Positions 57,089-64,000 of a stretch of DNA of 64,000 nucleotides are shown one piece after another (positions within the stretch are counted from its first letter, which is position 1; the number at the start of each line of letters is the position of its first letter). Both the position numbers and the translations under genes were made by a program. Location of the stretch: positions 1 to 64,000 of the forward strand of contig JBBTQX010000004.1 in the NCBI GenBank assembly GCA_038065455.1, written 5' to 3'. The notes under the pieces are model-generated. The model was not told the DNA's origin, searched no databases, and worked only from the letters and a program-made list of their open reading frames with translations. Source of the DNA: Patescibacteria group bacterium (GTDB lineage Bacteria > Patescibacteriota > Minisyncoccia > UBA6257 > GWB1-50-10).

Positions 57089-58627
57089 ATGCCGGCGGTT
57101 CCCAAACTTTATTCCGCAGAATTGGATGGTGTAAACGCCGAACTTATCGAAGTGGAGGCCGACTTGAATGTCGGCCTCCATTCTTTCAACATCGTCGGTC
57201 TCGCCGACAAGGCCCTAACGGAAGCGAAGGAGCGGGTTAATTCCGCCCTCAAAAATTCCGGCATTAAGCCGCCCTCAAAAGAGAATCGGCGCATCACCAT
57301 AAATCTCGCGCCGGCCGACGTGAAAAAAGTCGGCTCGAGATTCGACCTGCCTGTCGCGCTCGCTTATCTTTTGGCAAGCGAGCAATTAAAAAGTTTTGAA
57401 ACGAAAGATAAGATGTTTATCGGCGAGCTTTCGCTCGACGGCGCCTTGCGTCCGGTCGCGGGCGCTTTGAACGCGGCGCTTCTCGCCCAAAGAAAAGGTT
57501 TCAAAGAAATATTCGTTCCGGCGGGAAACGCGGTCGAGGCCGCGATTCTCGAAAACATCAAGGTTTTTGGCGTGAAAAATCTGGTCGAAATAATCGGGCA
57601 CCTGGAAGGAACCGCGCCCATCGCTCCGCAAATAAAGACCGAGATGACTCCCGGATATTCGGGGGTTTTCGTGAAACTGAGCGAGGTCAGGGGCCAGGCG
57701 GCGGCCAAACGGGCGCTTATAATCGCCGCGGCGGGCGGCCACAATCTGCTCTTCTCGGGTCCGCCCGGCACAGGAAAAACAATGCTGGCCCAGGCGATGA
57801 ATTCGATTATTCCACCGCCCTCCCTCGAAGAAACAATCGAAATAACGGAGATTTGGAGCGCCGCCGGCCTTTTGAATCGGGCGAGTCCGGTTATCGATTT
57901 CCGCCCTTTTCGGGCGCCGCATCACAACGCCTCGCTTATATCCATTATCGGGGGCGGTTCGATTCCTAAACCGGGCGAGATAAGTCTGGCTCACCGGGGC
58001 GTGCTCTTCTTGGATGAGATGCCGGAATTCCATCGCGACGCGCTCGAGAGCCTGCGCCAACCGCTCGAATCCGGCTCGGTAAGCATCGCCCGTTCCAAAA
58101 AATCGCTGGTTTTTCCGGCCCGATTCATCCTTGTTGCCGCGATGAATCCCTGCCCCTGCGGATATTTCAACGACCCGGAAAAAGAATGCCGGTGCACGGC
58201 GAACGAGGTATTCCGCTACCACAAAAAGATTTCCGGGCCACTAATGGACCGGATTGATATCCAACTTGAAGTGCCAAGGATACCCGTCGAAGAACTGCGA
58301 CGAGAAGAAAACAGCGAAAACGATGAACCAGTCAGAAAAAAAATTAGGGAGGTGAGAGATGTTCAGCGGGAAAGATTTAAAAAAAACGGCTTCAAAATAT
58401 TCACGAATGCCGAAATGTCTTCGCGCCAGACGGAACAAATTGCGAAACTCGAGACTGGAGCGGAAAATTTCCTCAAGGAAACTTTGGAAAAGAATTTCAT
58501 TTCCATCCGCGGCTATTACCGCATCCTCAAAGTTTCCCGAACCATCGCCGATCTCGAAGAAAGTTTGGAAATAAAAACGGACCACTTGGCGGAAGCGTTC
58601 CAGTATAGGCTGAAAATTGGGGAATAA
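57089..58627 (+). CDS. comM: ComM/YifB Mg-chelatase-like AAA+ ATPase
   Basis: IVGL.D..EAKERV, GPPGTGKT, PFRAPHH, PGEISLAHRGVLFLDE, AMNPCPCG. Confidence 0.93.
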   Translation: MPAVPKLYSAELDGVNAELIEVEADLNVGLHSFNIVGLADKALTEAKERVNSALKNSGIKPPSKENRRITINLAPADVKKVGSRFDLPVALAYLLASEQLKSFETKDKMFIGELSLDGALRPVAGALNAALLAQRKGFKEIFVPAGNAVEAAILENIKVFGVKNLVEIIGHLEGTAPIAPQIKTEMTPGYSGVFVKLSEVRGQAAAKRALIIAAAGGHNLLFSGPPGTGKTMLAQAMNSIIPPPSLEETIEITEIWSAAGLLNRASPVIDFRPFRAPHHNASLISIIGGGSIPKPGEISLAHRGVLFLDEMPEFHRDALESLRQPLESGSVSIARSKKSLVFPARFILVAAMNPCPCGYFNDPEKECRCTANEVFRYHKKISGPLMDRIDIQLEVPRIPVEELRREENSENDEPVRKKIREVRDVQRERFKKNGFKIFTNAEMSSRQTEQIAKLETGAENFLKETLEKNFISIRGYYRILKVSRTIADLEESLEIKTDHLAEAFQYRLKIGE

Positions 58628-59491
58628 TTATTTGCTGACTGCAAAGGGATTTTTCGCGCCGAAAACCTCGAAATGAAGATGGCATCCCGTCGGGCCGTGC
58701 GTGTTGCCGGTATTTCCCATTATGCCAACTTCTTCGCCGCGGCTTACGTATTGCCCAATCTTCACGAGAACCTTATCCAAGTGAGCGTAGCGGGTTTTCA
58801 CGCCGTTTGGATGTTCAAGAAGAACAAAGGTTCCGTAGCCGTTGTTCCAGCCGCTCGCGCCATCTCCCAAAACACTGTCCGAAATCACAAGACCTTCCGC
58901 CGCAGCATGCACAGACGTACCGCACTGATTCGCGATATCCACCGCATTAGCATTATGGAGCTGGCCCCAATTCCAGCCGATTGCCGGCAAAGCGAAATAA
59001 TCCTTGAGATCGGGGAGAATACCATCCACGGAAACGGCTTGAATCGCCGACTTGTCCTCCAGAGGCGAAACCACGATTGTATCGCCTTGTTTTATCGTCT
59101 TCACTCCCGGATTAAGCTTCTTGAGAGCGTCCGCCGAAAGGCCGAGGTTCGCGGCAATCTTCTGGAAAGTATCACCCTTTCTCACTTTGTATTTTTTGAG
59201 GCCGTCGCCCAGGAATATCAGATTGGTAAGAGGATCCGAGGCGCCGGAAACAGCCGTACCCTCCGCCAAAAAAACGTTGTTTTCGGCCGTGTCGGCCGGA
59301 GCGCCCGGATAAACGACATCACCCGAAGCAGAGGAGCGTCCGGCCCCCAATTCCTCTACCGGACCGCCCGAACTCCAGGCCGCCGGCCTCTCATAGGCTT
59401 CGGTGTTGCGCCAAAACCAGAAAACGGACGCGTTCAAAACCAGGAAAGCGGGGATAAAAAGGAGCGACCAGAAACTGGTCGTTTTGAACAT
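58628..59491 (-). CDS. LysM plus M23 peptidase
   Basis: YKVRKGDT LysM; H.ANAVDIA, TRYAHL, HLHFEV. Confidence 0.88.
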   Translation of the reverse strand: MFKTTSFWSLLFIPAFLVLNASVFWFWRNTEAYERPAAWSSGGPVEELGAGRSSASGDVVYPGAPADTAENNVFLAEGTAVSGASDPLTNLIFLGDGLKKYKVRKGDTFQKIAANLGLSADALKKLNPGVKTIKQGDTIVVSPLEDKSAIQAVSVDGILPDLKDYFALPAIGWNWGQLHNANAVDIANQCGTSVHAAAEGLVISDSVLGDGASGWNNGYGTFVLLEHPNGVKTRYAHLDKVLVKIGQYVSRGEEVGIMGNTGNTHGPTGCHLHFEVFGAKNPFAVSK

Positions 59492-59554
59492 CCCCTTAAA
59501 AAGGGGCTTAAATTGAAGTAAAATCGTACTAATAGGGGTATTATACCAAAACGA

Positions 59555-60352
59555 ATGGAAAAATCAAAGAAAAGCCTCGGTCAGAATTTCCTGTTAAACA
59601 AGGAGAAAATAAAAGAGATTGTTGGGGCGCTGGACATAAAATCCGGCGATGTGGTGGTTGAAATCGGTCCCGGACACGGGGAGCTGACGAAAGAACTGAT
59701 AACTAATGACAAATTACGAATAATCGCAATTGAGAAAGACGAGGGGTTGGTGGAAAAACTTGGAGATGAAATGAAGAAACATGGAGATAAAATCGAAATT
59801 ATAGCCGGCGATGCGTTAAAAATGCTTCCGGACGTAGTTTCGGGTTATGGGTCAAAAACAAGTTATAAGTTAATTGGAAATATTCCCTATTACATCACCG
59901 GCTTCCTTTTGAGAACGATAAGCGAATTGGAGCACAAGCCGAAAATCACCGTTCTCACGGTCCAAAAAGAGGTGGCCAAGCGTATCTGCGGAGAAATGAA
60001 TTTGCTCTCCGCGAGTGTCCGATACTGGGCGGAACCGGAAATCATCGGTATTATTCCCAAGTCGGATTTTTCTCCCCAACCCAAAGTGGACTCGGCGATT
60101 ATCAGGTTAAAAACCATAAACAAAAAACGAGAAACGGGGGATGAGGCGAAAAGTGCCGAGAATTATCATAAATTCATAAAAATTCTCTTCAAACAACCCC
60201 GAAAAACCATATTGAACAATTTGCTTGGAATGGGGAAAAACAAGGTGGAAATTGAGAAAATCCTAAAAGAAAATAGTATAGACCATAACAGCCGGGCCCA
60301 AAATCTCAATGTGTCTCAAATAAGAGAACTGGCTCGGATTTTTACCGCTTAA
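59555..60352 (+). CDS. rsmA: 16S rRNA dimethyladenosine transferase
   Basis: KKSLGQNFL, VEIGPGHG, GNIPYYIT, F.PQPKVDS. Confidence 0.95.
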   Translation: MEKSKKSLGQNFLLNKEKIKEIVGALDIKSGDVVVEIGPGHGELTKELITNDKLRIIAIEKDEGLVEKLGDEMKKHGDKIEIIAGDALKMLPDVVSGYGSKTSYKLIGNIPYYITGFLLRTISELEHKPKITVLTVQKEVAKRICGEMNLLSASVRYWAEPEIIGIIPKSDFSPQPKVDSAIIRLKTINKKRETGDEAKSAENYHKFIKILFKQPRKTILNNLLGMGKNKVEIEKILKENSIDHNSRAQNLNVSQIRELARIFTA

Positions 60353-60410
60353 AAACAAGCAAAAACCGTAAAAACAGAAAAATATTAGTAATTCATTATA
60401 ATTTAGAATA

Positions 60411-60448
60411 TTGCAAAGTTATACTGTCATGACATAATAACTTAGTAA
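60411..60448. promoter_or_regulatory. Degenerate copy (34/38) of the 61030 palindrome ending 1 nt before the ATG of paralog 2
   Basis: ttgcaaagttatactgtcatgacataataacttagtaa; the mismatches create TATACT. Confidence 0.75.
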
Positions 60449-60449
60449 A

Positions 60450-61019
60450 ATGCGAATTAGGAGAAACTCACAACCCTATCGCCTTCTTAAATACCTTGCT
60501 ATAGGCACCGGTGTTTTGACACTCTCTCTTATAGCGCCGGTAAGCGGCGCGATGCTGGTGAAAAATTTTATCCGCTATTATTTCAGGAATAAAAAGTTTC
60601 AAAAATATCGATTTCTAAATGATTTGAAAAATCTCCAAAGTAGAGAATTGGTATCGTATAAAGAGGAGGGGAGAGGAGTGGTGAAAATCACCCTTACTAA
60701 GAACGGCCGGGAGAAAATACTGCGGTACCAAATTGATGAAATAAAAATAAAAAAGCCCGCCCGCTGGGATGGGCAATGGCGGCTGATAATGTTTGATATA
60801 CCGCATTACAAACGCATTGCCCGCGACGCTTTTCGGACAAAGCTGAAAAATTTGGAATTCTATCCTATTCAGAAAAGCGTATTTATCACTCCTTATCCCT
60901 GCGAGAATGAGATAGATTTTATAGCGTCTATTTTTGATGTAAGAAAAGAGGTTCTTATCCTTTATGTGAGCCGATTTGAAGGGGAGGAGAAATTCAAAAA
61001 TCACTTCAAAATATACTAA
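60450..61019 (+). CDS. PaaX-like winged-helix plus Cas2-like domain protein (paralog 2)
   Basis: L..L....LV...LTKNG wHTH; WDGQWRLIMFDIP...R..FR.KL..L.F..IQKSVF..PYPC. Confidence 0.82.
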   Translation: MRIRRNSQPYRLLKYLAIGTGVLTLSLIAPVSGAMLVKNFIRYYFRNKKFQKYRFLNDLKNLQSRELVSYKEEGRGVVKITLTKNGREKILRYQIDEIKIKKPARWDGQWRLIMFDIPHYKRIARDAFRTKLKNLEFYPIQKSVFITPYPCENEIDFIASIFDVRKEVLILYVSRFEGEEKFKNHFKIY

Positions 61020-61029
61020 ATATTCGCTA

Positions 61030-61067
61030 TTACAAAGTTATTATGTCATGACATAATAACTTTGTAA
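61030..61067. repeat. Perfect 38-bp palindrome 10 nt after the stop of paralog 2
   Basis: ttacaaagttattatgtcatgacataataactttgtaa equals its own reverse complement. Confidence 0.9.
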
Positions 61068-61174
61068 AAATGTAGAAAAAAGGGAGAGGGGGAATGAAGG
61101 AGAAAGATGGTGATAGAGGAGGATGGGGAGTGGGGAGAGAGAAAGAAAAAAGGAAAAAGTGGGGGCTGTTTGAT

Positions 61175-61537
61175 TTAAAATAAACTAACTCCTGCTTTCC
61201 AGATGGTACCTTCCGCCGTAATGGGTACCGGAAGCACGCAAACCCCTCCCGGGATGGCGGTTCCCAAGACTTTCGCGCCGGGTTTAAGAATGAAATTTTC
61301 GTAAATCACGGAAACACCCGGCTGATAAAGAAAAACTCCGGGTCTAGGTTGCCCAACCGTAATAAGAATGCCATTAGTGCAAGGAACGGCGACTAAGATA
61401 TTGCCCCCGAAAGGAATGATCAGTCCTATTGCTGAAGCGAATTGAGGGAAAATAAGCATACCGACAGCAAGAAAAAAGAAAGAAAAAGAAGATATAATAA
61501 AAAACATTTTCACTCCTCTGTAAAACATGTTAGGCAT
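61175..61537 (-). CDS. Hypothetical small exported protein
   Basis: Signal peptide ending ASA; PFGG...PCTNG...VLG.A.P...C pattern. Confidence 0.6.
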   Translation of the reverse strand: MPNMFYRGVKMFFIISSFSFFFLAVGMLIFPQFASAIGLIIPFGGNILVAVPCTNGILITVGQPRPGVFLYQPGVSVIYENFILKPGAKVLGTAIPGGVCVLPVPITAEGTIWKAGVSLF

Positions 61538-61618
61538 TGTTCAAAAAGGCTTATTTAAGCCAAAAACATTATAACATCCGGCGGCAAAATATAGTATACT
61601 GATAACATCTCGAATTAT

Positions 61619-62416
61619 ATGAAAAAAAGGAAAATAATCTCCGCCATTATTTTATTGAGCGGTTTGGCATTTTTTCTGCTAATCGTCAATTCCACCGGAA
61701 AAAATCAAGAATTTCCGGCCATGGTAGCCCTGAATAAGAATAACTCTGAATCCGGTTTTGACTACCGAACCGATAAAAATCGGGACATTATCCCGAGCGC
61801 GATTTCCGGAACAAATATGTCTCCCGCGACCGACAATTTAACCGAATTGCTCGCTAAAAACATTTCCAGTGGAATTCTCACGGTAAACAGTAAACTAGTA
61901 TCCGAACAAGGAACTTCTTCCATTGCCCTTCCTTCATCTAATTCGTTGGGCAACTCCATAGAGCAGTCTATCGAGCAAAATATGAAATTCCCGGTCTTCG
62001 GCTTAAAAGATATCAGAATCGGCTCTGATAATTCGCCGGAGGCCCAACTCGCTTATTTCAACACAATCGGGGAAATATCCAAGAAAAACTTTGGGAATTT
62101 CAAAACCTCCATCGTGACAATGCTCAATAATTTAATTGAAAATAACGATTCCACCGCACTCGCCAAATACGCTAGAATTGCAAATAAACAAGTCGCTGAT
62201 TTTCTTGCGCTTAAAGTCCCGGAACAACTTTCCGCTTGGCATCTACAAAACCTGAATTTATGGCAGAAGAAATTCACGGCCTATTCCGCGATGGCTAATT
62301 TGAGTTCCGATCCGCTCAAAATGATTATCGCCTTCAAAGAGGTTCCGAATATCGTGCAGGAAACATTGAATTTGGATTCAGTGATGAAAGAAAAATATTT
62401 AAAATTGATACCATAA
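61619..62416 (+). CDS. Hypothetical membrane-anchored protein
   Basis: N-terminal TM, NLTE.LA motif, helical C-terminus (VP.....HL...N). Confidence 0.7.
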   Translation: MKKRKIISAIILLSGLAFFLLIVNSTGKNQEFPAMVALNKNNSESGFDYRTDKNRDIIPSAISGTNMSPATDNLTELLAKNISSGILTVNSKLVSEQGTSSIALPSSNSLGNSIEQSIEQNMKFPVFGLKDIRIGSDNSPEAQLAYFNTIGEISKKNFGNFKTSIVTMLNNLIENNDSTALAKYARIANKQVADFLALKVPEQLSAWHLQNLNLWQKKFTAYSAMANLSSDPLKMIIAFKEVPNIVQETLNLDSVMKEKYLKLIP

Positions 62417-62427
62417 TGGATTTATTG

Positions 62428-64000
62428 ATGAAAAAAATTATTTCTTTGGTTCTTTTAACGTCTGTTTTGGCGGGAACCGCATTAATGGTTCCTCAAAAAG
62501 CTCAAGCGGCTGATCCGATAACCTGGGCGGTTTGCGGAGCATATGAAGCAACAATAGGGAAATTGTTCGGGGCTGCTGAAGATACAGTGAGTGGAACCAT
62601 ATCGGGTGCTGCGAATAAAATAGTGAACAAAGTAGTGAGCATTGATGCTGTTCCAGTTTCCGATAGTGCAGTTCAAAGCGGTCAAAAAGCGCAGGTCGCG
62701 AGCGATAAAAAAACGGAATGTGAGCGTTTTGTAGCGGATGTCGCGCTTGCCGCTTTGAAAAAACGACTTTTAAATATTATGACCCAGGATGTCGTAGAGT
62801 GGATAAATAATGGGTATGGGCCAGAAGGACCTAAATTCACCCAAGACTTCGAAAAAGTTTTCACCGACGCCGGGGACCAAGCTATAGGTGATATTCTTCA
62901 AGAATATGCCTTCACTGCTCCGCTTTGTAAACCTTTTTCTTTTGATATCACTTTCCAACTCCAGCAGCCGGCTCCGCTCGCCGAAAGAGCCCAATGTACG
63001 CTCACGAGCGTCATTAAAAGCTTTGAAAGCTACCGGGACGACTTCAAGAACGGCGGCTGGATCGGCTATCAGGAGCTTCTAAAACCTCAAAACAACCAAT
63101 GGGGAGTGGAGCTTCTGACTCAAAGCGAGATAACGAGCCGCACGGCTCTTAAGATAAATTCCAGCGCTCTAAAAGAAACTGTTAATGTTGGATTCGATTC
63201 TTCGGAATGCACCGGCGGATGGGATTTAATGGATAAAATAACTAAACAGCTGGCAAAAGCTGGTTCCGAAATAGACCAAAATACAATAAATTTTTATGGT
63301 CATATAAATAAGGGTGATGTTTATCATGGGAAGACTTGGGACGATCCAAAATTAGCACCTCCTTCTCCGACGAAAAGTAGTAAAAATTTCTTTTATAGTT
63401 GTGCTGGTACCACAATCACGACACCCGGTCGGACGATTGCGGCCGCTTTGGAAAAATCCATTCTTCCAGAATTTGATCTTATAATAAACTCAAAAGACCT
63501 TACCAATTCTCTCGCTATTATCGCCGACGCGGCTATCAATGACATTATAAAAAGAGGGGTAAGAGGAATACAGAATTTCAATAAACCCGTTCCGAAAAAT
63601 CCAGAAAATGAGAAGTTTTCCGATTCCCAAAGAAACAGGGTTAATCAGGCATCCGGGGATTACGATAAAATCCAAGGGCAGATAAGCAACAGTAAAACGA
63701 CAGGTGCTTATCTTGACCAGATTAATCCGGCCGCCAACACCATTCTCGCCGCCTCATCGATTCTCAAAAATGCTTCCGATAAAAACGAAGAAGCGATAAA
63801 AACCGGTCAAGATACTCTTGCCTGTATTGCCCAATCAAATACTCACGCCGATAGACCTGCCATTCAAGCCGCCGTGGACAAAGCGAATTTAAACCCCGTG
63901 CTCATCACCGCAAAATCAACAGAAATTAAAACTAATTCCGCTTCCATACAAACCCTTATTTCCCAAATTAACGCGGGTAATTGTGATACCTATTACCAAC
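62428..64000 (+). CDS. Large exported hypothetical protein, partial (appears to run off window; absent from ORF track)
   Basis: MKKIISLVLL...PQKAQA signal peptide; hand-translated N-terminal part includes MTQDVVEWINNG..P.F; absence from the ORF track fits no stop before the window end. Confidence 0.7.
   Translation, partial: MKKIISLVLLTSVLAGTALMVPQKAQAADPITWAVCGAYEATIGKLFGAAEDTVSGTISGAANKIVNKVVSIDAVPVSDSAVQSGQKAQVASDKKTECERFVADVALAALKKRLLNIMTQDVVEWINNGYGPEGPKFTQDFEKVFTDAGDQAIGDILQEYAFTAPLCKPFSFDITFQLQQPAPLAERAQCTLTSVIKSFESYRDDFKNGGWIGYQELLKPQNNQWGVELLTQSEITSRTALKINSSALKETVNVGFDSSECTGGWDLMDKITKQLAKAGSEIDQNTINFYGHINKGDVYHGKTWDDPKLAPPSPTKSSKNFFYSCAGTTITTPGRTIAAALEKSILPEFDLIINSKDLTNSLAIIADAAINDIIKRGVRGIQNFNKPVPKNPENEKFSDSQRNRVNQASGDYDKIQGQISNSKTTGAYLDQINPAANTILAASSILKNASDKNEEAIKTGQDTLACIAQSNTHADRPAIQAAVDKANLNPVLITAKSTEIKTNSASIQTLISQINAGNCDTYYQ

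Noticed and set aside
50700-61070. CRISPR-Cas locus suggested by the Cas2-like domains and 38-40 bp repeats
   Set aside because: Each repeat occurs only twice and brackets a whole gene. There is no repeat-spacer array and no cas1 or effector gene.
1-64000. Alternative genetic code (UGA read as Gly, as in Gracilibacteria/Absconditabacteria)
   Set aside because: Conserved genes are full length under code 11 and several (tatD, M16 peptidase, ftsK) end at TGA at the expected position.

Overview
64-kb chromosomal segment of a small-genome bacterium, most likely Patescibacteria/CPR (Parcubacteria-like). This is inferred from gene content: alpha2-type GlyRS, short MetRS, H+-PPase, a tandem VirB2/TrbC-like pilin array, PaaX/Cas2-like regulators and apparently leaderless genes. 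Standard code 11. The backbone is housekeeping (htrA, leuS, tatD, metG, glyQS, recO, tsaD, valS, murD, hppA, nusA, ftsK, recA, folD, glyA, ftsH, rpsA, gyrA with a 449-aa LAGLIDADG intein, xerC-like recombinase, rpsO, pnp, comM, rsmA), plus three tRNAs including a rare tRNA-Ile(UAU). The unusual signal is non-genic. (1) Two PaaX/Cas2-like genes are each bracketed by their own 38-40 bp palindrome: a degenerate copy at the start codon and a perfect copy after the stop. (2) A five-copy MITE-like family (CCCGTTAGAAA...TTTCTAACGGG) has three copies directly at the AT of start codons and one in frame inside valS. (3) Several more TIR or palindrome families and 7-nt tandem repeats are inserted in frame in essential proteins. 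(4) A free-standing LAGLIDADG gene lies in a palindrome-rich region, and there is an internally deleted IS30. No CRISPR array or rRNA was seen. All calls come from reading motifs by eye; no searches were run.
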